A stretch of 64,000 nucleotides of DNA from Ascidiella aspersa (lineage: Eukaryota). Below the pieces are notes generated by a model. That model saw nothing but the letters and a program-made list of their open reading frames with translations. It did not search any database and was not told where the DNA came from. A program made the position numbers and the translations under genes. Shown here one piece after another: positions 37,265-49,731 of the stretch; within the stretch, counting starts at the first letter, position 1; each line of letters opens with the position of its first letter. The DNA is taken from contig OZ004608.1 of NCBI GenBank assembly GCA_963924565.1, forward strand, positions 29,450,001-29,514,000, read 5' to 3'.

Positions 37265-38594
37265 GCCAATGCAAACGAGCATGTAAAATGGTCAAGGTTT
37301 GTTATATTCAGCCGAAACAAGGCGGAAAATACAGATGGGCGCTTCTGGAAGAGGCCACCTTAAATGATCACTATAATGTGCAGCGATGATGTGATAAAGT
37401 ACTCAAGAGTCTCCTACGTTCCTTCCAATGATCACAATGGGACCCAGTCGTAATTGTCGGCCTCGTTTCCTCCATGCATTCACCCATGCGATGCGTAGCC
37501 GCAATTAAATCTTACAAAACCAGCCCGAAATAGCAGCGCAATTACACGGTTTAACAAATCGGATCTCTTCTCAAGCTGTTCTGCTGCTGGTTGCGTCTCT
37601 GCCTAAGGGTTAAATATTCATGCCATTCTTGAAAATAGAGTTTGGCAGTGACTTAACAATAGTTTCACTTCCGCTCCACAGATGTCTGTTAAATATTTTT
37701 ATCATTTGCATGACCCGGAGAGAATATAACTTGACTTTTACTAAAGCTTCATTTTATTAAATGCGTTAGGTTAGGCTAACTTAAAATACTTAAACAAACG
37801 CATACGACTTTTTAGTTCAGTTTGGATAATACCGTAATTTCAAAGCTCACTAATTTTAAATGTTTCATCTGAAAACCTTGATATATTTCAACTATAAGAG
37901 ATAACAACAAAAACTCCAAAATCTTTTGCATTAAACAAGCAGTGAAAATAGGTTGAATAAAAAAATGAACAGTTACCCGTTAAACGATTTACATAATGGA
38001 ACGACCAAACGCAGAGAAGATGGATCAGTTTAAAACGTCCAACCACTTCTTAAGTTCAGATCCAGAAAAAAGTACATAGCATTTTGTTAAAATTAATGCT
38101 TGCGAAAAGCCTAAAAATAGCCAAGGAAGGCGAACGATGGCTAACACGTTGCTGCTTTCTATGTGGCAAGTAAACACGATCATCACTGATGAGTTTTAAA
38201 CTGCCGCGATAGCGATCTCGCGATCGTAAGTATATTGCCTAATGCGCGTGTGATTTCTTTTGTTTAGGCCACCGTGGGTATCTTGCCACGGTCGTGCATC
38301 TAGGATCTGGCCCCGAATCAGGACGTGGGCCGTAAATTGCACACGGACCGACAAGATCACAGGACGCGCCGAAAATGTTTTCGCTGTTTGTTCAACCCCG
38401 GCGATTTTAAATTCCAATATTTTGCCTCAGCGGAAAATTCATCTGAAAAATCGATCTCCCTAAAACTACTATACACACGGAGAATACACATAGGTAAAAC
38501 ACCTCCTATTTTTAGGACCTATGCAAAACCAAACCGCTCTCTGCCGAGCAATTAGCAGCACTTTACGAGTTATGAAAAGTTTGTCGGTGATCAC

Positions 38595-38932
38595 CAGTGT
38601 TGTAATGATTTAAGTCAAGTCTTTTGAACAAATGACTTGGTATAAAATGAGGAGTTTTCATTGAGCATTATTCGTTATAAAATTGGGTTATTTACGTTTT
38701 GCACTAAAAAAAGGTTTTGTGTTATTTTTTAGTTGAGTTATTGTTCATAATCGGACTAGTTTACTAATTTTAAAAGTATAACGTTTAAAGGACTTGACTT
38801 AAAAATAATTGATCTATGACTTGCTGGGACTTCACTTGTTATTTACTAAAAAGGACTTGACTTGGACTGAAGTTTTTTACAATGACTTGACTGGGACTTT
38901 AGTCATTTTAAAATGACTTGATTACAACACTG
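38595..38932. mobile_element. hAT-type MITE (family A)
   Basis: TIRs CAGTGTTGTAAT...ATTACAACACTG; perfect TSD GTGATCAC; GACTT repeats. Confidence 0.9.
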
Positions 38933-41900
38933 GTGATCACAGTTATACTCATCTCTGTTATAAGCACATAATAGAAAAATTGGTGGACCACATTTAACTT
39001 GATAGACACAGCTCTCAAATCGAATCTTAAAATATTGCGAAAACCTTTTAACGAAAACAATTAGACGGTCACCTCTTTGGCAAACTTAAAGCTTCCTGGC
39101 AAACATAAGGGTAGTGTGTTGATAAGCGTTGATAAAATCAGAGATATGGGCGAATTCGAAGATATGGTCGCATATTGTGAGTGTCAAGTCACGACTCATA
39201 GAAGTTTTGAAAAGCAAAAAAGAGGTCCGCCAACGCTTCTATATACAACAGACATTTCCATTTGTGACAAATTTTATTTAAATCGTGCTTTTTTTTATGA
39301 AAGGCATTTAAAGCATTTTTAAATTAGAGAATTTTATAAATCGGCACACCAGAAATACAGTATTTGAAAGAGCTATATAAATCGTTCAGTTATTTGAAAC
39401 GTCAGTTTTGACTCCTACGTTACAGAGTACTTCTATCATTTAGGTATATAAGGCAGTACTGTATATAGTGTCAATTTTTCGCCTTAAGTGCACTTAAGTA
39501 TTTTGGGCAAATGATTTGACTTTGACTTTACTCATTGAGGGAAACGATTTGACTTAAACTTGAGTGAATTTATTTAGATTTGTTTTCTTCAGAAAATAAG
39601 GTAATTTATCTCAACCTTCGCACGGAAAACATTCTTTGAGTTTTTCGTGTTTAATCTTTAATGTGGCTTATCTTTGAACAGTTTACCAAGTTTATTTGTT
39701 TTTGAAATAAATGTAATTTTCTCGGAATTAACTTGGGCAGTGGAGACGTGGACTGGGATTTATCTTGGACTTAAGTTGTTCAACAATTGTCCTGAGCGAG
39801 ATTTCAGTCATAAATGTCTTGTTCGCAACACAAGCACAGGGCAAGCTAGTTTTGCTTTGAGGCCAGAAATAAAAACGCAGGTTGAACGTAACAAATCGCA
39901 ACTTTTCTACCCTTGGACAACCTACACGACCAGGCATGCCACGTATCAATGTAAAACACGCAGCACTTTAATATTTGGCAAAGTATTTGCGGTTTGGCAG
40001 GGGACGCTATATACCCCGACCCCGACAATCATCCCTTTGTCGCGCCAAACCTCGGAATGCGTTGATCGTCGCGAAGTTCCGAGGCCATGGTCGTTTATTT
40101 CGGCTCTCAAGGTCGCGCGGCTAAAAATATCGCGCGGTTCGACGTCATCGTACAAATTACCAGTGATGTGCTCTCGGATTTTTGACACGAAGGCTATTAC
40201 GTAGCCGCGAAACTCGCAATCAAGACCACGGCTGTCATGGAGCTGGGGCGAGGCCGTATAGTTGGGCCAGGGCGGTAGTTAGCAGGCGTTAACTGCCTTC
40301 GCACTCCACCTGGGCCTTTGTGCAGACCTGGGTCCTTCAGTGGGAATTTTTCAATCTCTCGCCCTCGTCTTGTCGTTATCCACTCGACAGCACCAAGGCA
40401 TTAGACACGTAAAGCCGTAATGAAATAGATAGATAACGTTAATTGGCAGCTATATGAGAGTACGGGTTGCTACAATGGGGCAAAGCACATCTTTATGAAA
40501 AAAACAAAGGCCAGGGGTCTGCATGAACACATTCCTTGACTGAAAACTACGTATAGTCTGTTATTGATGGAAATAACAAGGACGCAAACAACACCTAAAT
40601 ACGTCAGCGGTTCTTAAAATGATCTTATAACGACGAATCACTGCAAGTAATATCACCAAATTGCACACCACAAGTAAATTTGCTTGAAAATCAACTTGCA
40701 AACTGTTTCAGATCACTTTTGCGAAACGTAACGAATTGAGCTGTATTTAAAACGAAAGGAGCTGTAATAAAACTACCTAACACATGCCTGCATTTTAAGA
40801 TACAACTATATTCAAACATAGAAAAATACCTCTCACTAAAGCATACAGTTCATTACAAAATTTACACTGTGTTGAACAAAACTAATAACTTGAGTTTGTA
40901 AACAACATCTTAAAGTCTCAATTGAACAGAGAACTGATATCAGGTGAAATATACACTCGAATTTAAACTTGGCTGATTTAAATAATTTACTATTCGCTAT
41001 GATTTAGTTTCAACATCTACTAGAATTGAAGCAAAGGCACGTTCTGCATTTAGGGAAATTCATCCCATATCCCACGCTTAGCACACACAAAATCCTATCT
41101 ACCTTGACAAACACTGATATTTACTGCGGCTATTGGAACAGTTCGCACCACGTTCTGTAATGGATTTATGCCAAATAAATCAACGGATTTTCCTCACCAA
41201 ATTCTATTGATCCAGCCAAGAAACACGTGCAACATCGCGTGAGGTATAAGGCTGGATGACGTGGCTGGTTTTCGCCCGGCAGCACCTGTTCCCAAATTGG
41301 ACGCAAACAACCGCTTTTTCGCCGTAACCGCCTTTAGATCTGACACCGAAAGTTGCAGGATCAAAGGCCTGAGAGTACAGCACGCGCGCGTATATGTATA
41401 CCGCTTGAAAACGTGTGGCGGTCATTTTTGCTTTATCGCCTTAAAAACAGTCGGAGCAAAGCCGAAGCGCCATGAGCGAGACTTCAATCGGCGATCGTCC
41501 ATCAGCCGCGACGCAAATCTCGGAGCGGCGCGAGGATTACGACAAGGCGACAAACCGAGTCTGATTCGTCTAAATCAGCTCGCCTTTCGGGCGTCGGCGT
41601 TTCGCGGAAAGGACGCGTGTCGCGAGCAAAAGCAAAATCCCCGGCACGCGCGTTTTCTAGACTTTTCTAAATCGGGAGAAAGGTAACGCGGCCAATATGT
41701 ACAAGTATACATCGGGGTCTGCACACGGTCGGGTCGTCAGTATAGGGCGAATTGTAACATATGGAAGCGTGTTCACCCGGGGGCTACACACGGGTGGATC
41801 GTCAATAGGGCGTGCTTTCATAGACTCTTAACAACTTGTGCCGCCCTATGATAACGTCTCGGAAAAAAATAGTCTCAGAGTCACAAGGGGGTTTTCCAAG

Positions 41901-43198
41901 GTCAAAATAAAAAACACCAATTAACGTATAACTATCAAATAATAAACCTCGGCCACCAAATTCTGCTGTGTGGCCTGTTAGGGGAGCCGAGGCCACTGCT
42001 AAGAAACCCTAGATTAAGGTATTTAGAAGCAAAACTATTATAATTTCTCGCGTTCTTACGTGGTAACTTTATCCACTTAATCCAGGTTTAAGCAGTTGCA
42101 TACAACTCACGTAAGTTAACAAAAGCCTACGGTCAACAGTTTCGTGCACAACGCTCTTAAAAGCTCATACATTTTTTCAGTAAAAAATAATCCCACGCTC
42201 ACATTAAGATGTATCCGATCATTTATCCATTACAGTCGAATCGTGGAGAAAGTATATCTTACGAGCATATATCAAGTACCTTTTAATTGTAGAGAGCGTC
42301 TACAAATCAACCAATATGTCCAATCCTATTCAAACTTAATTTCGATGACTCAAAAACGAGTGTAAATACGGCCGAGAGCAGAGTAATCAACCGGAAAAAC
42401 GTTTTGTTTACCAAGTGCCAAGCTTGTTTGCAATTAAAAGTACTTTCACATGACTCTTTAAGCGCATATCTTTCACGAAAACGCGATTTGACCTGATTGG
42501 CAGGCCACATATCCGATTACGTAAGGTTTTCGCGGAGTATTATCGCTATAGTGGACAGGGAGCGGTACCAATTAGCCCTCTATAAAGACAAGGGGGGCAA
42601 AGATGCTAAGTACTCCTTTGGACACACGGGTGCCAGTCACAGGAACCTATCCTTGAAACGGAAAAGGAGGAATGTACGATTGTAGGCGCCGGTCGCGGAA
42701 ATTGTCTTTTGATTTACAGCCCGCCAATGGAAGGCACGTCCTTATTTATCCAAGGCAATCGCTCCGCACAGCGCTCGACACTTTTGTAAATATTTTTCGT
42801 GTTTCGCCGGCCCAGGACACCCGAAAGGGCGAGAGATCAAAGGCCTGAACTCATTTGCAACATCGAAGCTAAATAAATAAGAGAACACCCCGTTTCGGGG
42901 TCGAAAATTTATATTTAGAAACACCTGAACATTGCAGGCGGCTTCGGTTTTCCGAATCGGATAAACAGGAGAGCCTTTCTTGTTAATACCAAGAATTTAA
43001 GCAACGTTGGCTAGCATTTCCATCAATCAAATTACTATATTTTTATTGTGTGACTAATCAAATCACGGTTTATATCTTCTAAAATTGTACACTAGAATAA
43101 TAAAAACCGACAAAAATATAACTAACACGATTTTTTTTACAAATATATGGAAGTTGAGTTTTTCTTAAAAATAAAGGTACAATCATGTTTGCGTATAC

Positions 43199-43419
43199 CA
43201 GAGGTCGGAAACCTAAGGCTCGCGAGCCATATACGGCTCTTGATAAAGGCATCTTGCTCGCAATAAATATAAGCTATGCCTTCTTAGCCTAATTTGACTA
43301 AAAACTGCACGCGACCATTGCCCCTTTCAAAACTTTATTTTTCACTTATTTAAAACACATATAGTACACCATAAAAATTATTTAGTGGCTCCCTTAGTTA
43401 AAAAGGTTTCCGACCCCTG
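43199..43419. mobile_element. hAT (Buster/Charlie-like) MITE
   Basis: TIRs CAGAGGTCGGAAACCT...AGGTTTCCGACCCCTG; TSD GCGTATAC/GCGTATAT. Confidence 0.85.
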
Positions 43420-44238
43420 GCGTATATCAACACACACGACAAAGATAATGAGAAGATTCACAGAACTTCTATTCCACCACTAAACGATCGAACGCGAATT
43501 TTACGAGCAGCCGCAAAATAGCAAAGCAACGCGTCGGAGAAGGTGCGGTCCTTTGTGGTGGCCCAACGCGCCGGGAAAGTCCCGGGACATGGGCCGGCCG
43601 GGCCAAGTCGGTCGCACGAAGCTGTATGGGGCGCAATTAGCCGCCGCCTTGCCAACGCTCGTAAACAAGCAAATTACGAGCGGCCAACGAGCGGGCTCGG
43701 ACATTGGTAATTGCCGGCTGACGGCAAAGGTGTTTGCGAGCGCAGATGTGCCACGGCAGTACGCAATGGGCCACAATCATACGGACTTGGACACAAAGCG
43801 ACCGTAAAGACGCCTCAATTGCGGAGAACTGGCACTAAAGCGCTTTTTCGCGATCCGAAATGGTTATTTTTTTTAAGTTTGAAGAAACGCTTTTCTCAGT
43901 AGAAGGCCGCACCTTGGTTTGACACCTGTCGCACAGTTCTAAGCTGTAGTCTGCACTCGCGGCGAGTTAAACCTACACAAGCACCGCTGCATGAACCGGG
44001 CCGTAAACCGCATTTGCAGGCTTTGCGCTCGTCAGCTACTTGATTCAGTGCATACTTCGCATCGCCGCCTCTGTAAAACGCAACTGTGTAAGACTTAGTG
44101 GACGAAAACAATTCGGCTGTCAAAGTGACGTACAGGTTTATCTAACTGCCACAAAATGATCTGTTGAGAACCCGCTGGATTCCTGGTATAACTAGACTAG
44201 AAATCTCACTTTCATCAACCAATGTTACGTTTAACTTA

Positions 44239-44758
44239 AAGGGTTACTATCAAATTTTATGAAAAAATTTTCAAAGACTAAAAATTGGCTTTAAGATTTT
44301 TTAAATATAATTTGGCACAAAATGTATACAATCAAAGGTCAACTCAATAACAAATAGTTTAAAAAATGCTTTCCCAGCGGCCCTTTCTGAACACATTACT
44401 TTAAGCTACACAAAAAAACAATTCAAAGAAAAACCTAAGATTTTTCAAAGACTTTTCAATGCGGAAATCAAATCAAAAACTTTTAAAGGCATTTGATGTC
44501 AAAATATTTCAAAGTACTAAAATTGGATCGCTTGGCGTTTGTCAGCTATAAAAAGTATACATTCAATGGTCAACTCAATACCAAATAGTTTAAGAAAATG
44601 CTTTTCCAGTCGCCCTTTTTGAACAGCTTAAACTGCACAAAAAATATTTTGAACACTGTTCAAACCCTTTTGGGAAAACGAAGTAATTTTCAAAGACCTT
44701 TCAATACGAAAATCAATTCATACACTTTTAAAGATTCAAAAACTTTGTGGCAACCCTA
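44239..44758. mobile_element. Probable MITE containing a ~240-bp internal tandem duplication
   Basis: Ends AGGGTTAC.../...GTGGCAACCCTA; ~44270-44500 is repeated at ~44505-44745 (GGTCAACTCAATA.CAAATAGTTTAA.AAAATGCTTT.CCAG). Confidence 0.6.
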
Positions 44759-47332
44759 ACCTAGTAAGCTCGTCTCGTCGTTTCCTGTTAGGCGAGCGAA
44801 TGGCATCGGAACCCTTGCATTTAAAGAAAGCAAAAACGCCGCAACAATGTCTAGAATTCCAGCGTTTCTGCGTGGCGGCCCAATTACGCCTGCCATCGAA
44901 TCGATCAGGCGTCGCTCATAATACTAGAAGCCTGCACTGCCGTACAGCACTATACACGACAAACCATTAAAATCGAGACTGTGGAAAACGTCAACCCGTC
45001 AGCGCGGCGCTGTCTGAAAGCATGGGACGGCCAAATGTGCTTGTTGTAGACACAAGCGCGCCGCACTCCATGGCCCATCTGGCCCGCGCGGGACCGTGCC
45101 TAATCGACTGCGACCCCTTATACGAGATCCGACTCCGGGCCGCACGCCCCCGTCCGAAAAATAAACGCAAAAAACACCCCGTGAAACGCTTCTATGCCTG
45201 GAACGCGGAAAATTCGTCCACAGAAAGCCAGACACCTGCTACAATGGAGCGAAACGATAACCGTTGCGCGATTTTGCGTGTAAATGCGCAACGGCGATGG
45301 TTGTAAAGCGAACGCGATACAACCAGACAAGCGCGACACCGTTTCGAGGTGTCGCCAAGCCGGAATTCGCGACCCACAATGGCGCGAAGCTTGTAAAACA
45401 CGGACTGGTCTATAGTGCTGCATCGTCCGGGTCCTAACCGTAGGTCACCGGTCGGAAACCGTCAAACTATATCCCGCGGCACTGTGTTCGTGGAGTGTAT
45501 TTTCGGCCGCGAGTTTCGAGTTTACAGCTTACACAGACTGTCGGACAATTGCCCGACGCGCGATAACATTGCACCAACTATATATATATATTGCATGGAG
45601 TTTGAACCGTAGTTATTTATATCGGCTTAGGCGCGTTATTGTTTCGGACAAACCTGCGAGTAAACAGGTTGATCCCTGACAGTTTAGCTCTTCAACCTGA
45701 GGTATTAGCAGGTTTAATTCAACCCAAATTCCAAGAAATCCATCCCCTTCTGGCGAAGACTCATTTCGTTGTTTGACGGTAGACCACCGGGGCAGCGCAC
45801 ACTAACTAAAAAACCCTGTCCAAACCATAAAAGGCCGTATAGAAGCGCAAAAACAAAACGCCATCAGGCTTTTAAGCTGGAAATTGCAGACGACAGCGCT
45901 CCTTGTTTGAAAACACAACAGGTCTTACGCGGCAGCCGGTATATCACATTGTGACGTTGAGTCAGAGCCCTGGAGGAGATTCCGACTCTTGTGGACGGAA
46001 AAACGTGTTTTGGAAAGTCATGGGGTCGCGCTCCGGGCAAGACATCGCTTTCACTGTTTGGCCGGCTCGGAACAATCCGCTTGACGAACCAACAACAGAA
46101 AGTGACACGTTTATGTTTTGGTACAGGGCTGTGTTTTTTAGAGCCCTTTGTCAAAGGAAGAAGTGGTGCTTTATCTGAATGAGAGAGACAATAGGATCGA
46201 CAAAGACAGGAAGTAAGGATTTCCGATACTTGATATTTTATTCCGATACCGTTATACAATGTTTTGTAAAAATACCGCAAGTCAGTGTAGAAAAGTACCG
46301 CAATCGTATATCCGGCAACAAATGAAGTCATCTCTATGCTTAAAATACAGATGAAATTAAAACATTCAAGGATGCCTTTTTTAAGGTTATTCAATCAAAA
46401 TTTGCTTCAACGTTAACAAATTTAATTATTTTATAAATTTACATTTCAAAATAAAAATTGCTAAGTCGAATCACAAATCGTGACTGATATTTCCTAAATC
46501 GAATAGGCAACATGCCACCCCGGACGAGGTTACCGATTTTTCCACTTGGCGTCATGTATCGGGTTCCGATTCTAAATTATCGGACATCGTAAGGCAGAAG
46601 GGTTGAAAAATTTCCTGAAAGCTGTTTACTTGTTTCCAACCATAGGGCACACGGAAGGCACTTTAGTCATTTTAAACCACAATCCCTTTAATTTTAAGGT
46701 TAAGTTCTGGCAGAATAATCCGCTTACCAACCCAACTCCTAACATCCGCTAGTGGAGTAAAGTTTTTCGGCGCACATTCGATGCGCAGAATTGTTTTTTA
46801 GATAAGAAAAACAGGATTTTCTTGTTTTCGAGGAGGCGCGTGACGCAGACCGGCGACCCCCGGGTGCAGTGATAATTAAAAATCCGTGAGAAGTGACGTT
46901 GCGGGAAGGGGGCCGGCGTGACAGGCGTACAGCGTTAAGTAGGATTCGAGTTGGGTTTCAGCCTCACTTTGGCGATATTTGGCGTTAATTTGTTGCGCCC
47001 ATAACAGGCCGCTCATTAAGAGGAACGGCCCGGAGCGCAGCGAACCGAAAACGAAGAGTGCCTTGCAGTGCTTTGCAGTGCTTTGCTCGTCAACGCCAAA
47101 GAAGCCCTGATTGGCAAAATTCCGGCTCGAAAAAAGGGGGCAAACGCACGTGTGTACCCGTAAACAGCGCTGCTGCTGCTGCTGGCGTATCATGAAGGTC
47201 GAGACTAAAGCGGAGGTACGCGAAAGTTGGTTTGATAGATTGTCTTTTGCTTTCGTAGTTTGTCGGACCCCGACCAGCTGTACCGCCACCGTTTGAAGCT
47301 ATTTTTACATTGCAAACGTCAATGGTAAAGAA

Positions 47333-47762
47333 CAGTGTTGTAATGACTTAAGTCAATCACTGTATTCAAATTACTTGACTTGACTTAAGTATTTTGGACA
47401 AAATGACTTGACGTGGCTTACACTAGTCTTTTAGACAAAATTACTTGACTTGACTTAAATCTTTTGGACCAATGACTAGAGCTGAAATGAAATGTTTTTA
47501 TTAAGCATTTTTTATTATAAAATTGGGTTATTTATCTTAAGTTTTGCAGTCAAAAAATTAGCTTGCTATATTTTGCATTTTTTGTTATTTTTCCGTTCAG
47601 TTACTGCTCATGATCAGACTATAGTTTACCAATTTTTGGACAAAGACTTGACTTACAATTGACTTGCTCTAATTATGACTTGACTGGGACTTGACTTGTA
47701 TTTATTCCAAATGACCTGACTTGGACTTAAGTTTTTCTACAAGTGACTTGTTTACGACACTG
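47333..47762. mobile_element. hAT-type MITE (family A)
   Basis: TIRs CAGTGTTGTAA...TTACGACACTG; TSD GTAAAGAA/GTAAAGCA (7 of 8); GACTTGACTT repeats; internally similar to the copies at 38595 and 11187. Confidence 0.88.
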
Positions 47763-49349
47763 GTAAAGCACAACAGTCGTGTGTTATACTGAAGCGAAAA
47801 TATAATAAAAAGTCAAAGCACTTTATCACTCTCAATACCAACTTTTTACAAGCGGGTGAAAACTGTTTTAAACGCTTGACGCAACTTGTTTGTCGTTATC
47901 GATTGATCTCAAAGATTTTAGTAAAATTAGCTTGCTGTCTGATTGCCTTTGGTGTGCGCAGCTAACGAAGTTAAAAACCCCAATACGCGTGCTTTGTGGC
48001 ATCAAGGCAACATATAGATATGCACAAAAATAACAAAAATCTAACCACCAGTGATTTTCGTCCATTAAAAGCAGCCAACAACGTTTGGTGATACACAATA
48101 TGTTGTTTTACAGTTTTTAAAGCCCAATAATTAAACAAACATCTGAATATTAATATTGGAAACATATATTACGACATGTTTTAGCATAGGGTAAGCATGA
48201 AACATTTTGTTGATGGTTGGTGATTAGAAAATGCGCACTTCAAAGAAGTTTGAACTCTTAATCGCGATATGTCATGGGCCTATATGAAAAGCGAGCCTGA
48301 AATACCGGGGTCAAATGACAATGAGAAAACAACATTTGGGCGACTAACTTTTTCCGGGAAGAAAAGATTATTTTTGTTATAGCAATCGTATACGGCAAAG
48401 CACATCGGTGATCGCTGAAAAGCATTCCTATACAATCAACGTTACGCTCGCTCTGCGGAGAAAAAGTCTTATTAACGGCTATAGTTGCGCATAATTGGGA
48501 GCTTCGGGTTTTCGGCTGACCGAGGAATACGCGACCCTTGGCCCGCAATTTGACGAATCTATTTTCGACGGGGTATGCTAATTCAGAATTCTCATTGCGC
48601 GGTAACGGTAAAGATTGTGAGCGTCTACGATGGCAAATCACTTTTCAATTTTTTTTGGACACGACATAAACAGCTGGTTCCCCATTTTTTTTTTTTTAAG
48701 GTGCTTTTGCCACGTTTATTCCCCCCTGAAAGTTAAAAAAATTAAACTATTTAAATTGTAAGCTATATTATAGCATTTTACTACATGTTTTGCGTGTTTT
48801 ACAGGAAATAAGGATTGATACACTTGGTTTCACACGGTACAAGATATATTTCTGTTTATTTATGAAATTATTCATTTTTTTTAGCTGTTCTTATTTAACA
48901 GTCTAAATAGTTATTTGATTACAAGCAAGAATCTTTCTGCTACATTATTGGCTGTAAAAGAGATTACCTTCTTGAACAAGCGTTTCAGCTAAGGGAAAGC
49001 ATAGGGTGGAAAAATTTGGCCGGTCGTTGTACAGAGGGCACAGGTCTTGGAGAGAAGAATTCGATATTATGTGGAGCTCTCCGCAGTGCGAACGGAAACC
49101 AGGTAATTGCCGCCTATTATCGAGTCGCGAAGCTTAACATGGTCATATACGGCTTTCTGCGCATTATTTAAGCAATAGTTACTATTTAATCCTACCACTT
49201 TGAGTATCAGCTGGAGACTTTTTTTTCTCCAAACCTATGGGTTATTTTTGCCTCGTGCTGTAGACTATAAAGAGGACTGCTTAACCGGGAGTATTAGACC
49301 AGCATGTGGGTAAAAAAATCGCCAGTTGCTTTCAAAAGATGCTATAAAC

Positions 49350-49731
49350 CAGGGGTGTTCAAATGATTTCTGCCATGATCCACCACAGCTAAACCTGACA
49401 ACATGACGACCCACTGAAATACGATTAGTAAACATATTGGACATGCTTTAATTTCCATGGTGCCCAGGAGCATTAAGTTCGTATTTAGATGGGTAACACA
49501 GTCAGCAAAAAAAGCCAAGTTACATAGATTGGTACCTTCAAGCAGAGTACAATAGTTTGACCTTTTTCGTTCAAAAACTTGACCAACTCTTTACAAAGGT
49601 GCCACAGCCCATTCAAAACATTGCCCACTTATAAAGGTATTTTTTAGTTTTTTTAAGACTACATTGGAAGATCCACACAAAAATTGAGAAGATCCAGAAC
49701 CGGATCGAGATCCGCCATTTGAACATCATCG
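49350..49731. mobile_element. Degenerate hAT-like MITE
   Basis: CAGGGGTGTTCAAATG...CATTTGAACATCATCG; flanks CTATAAAC/CTAGATAC (6 of 8). Confidence 0.55.
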
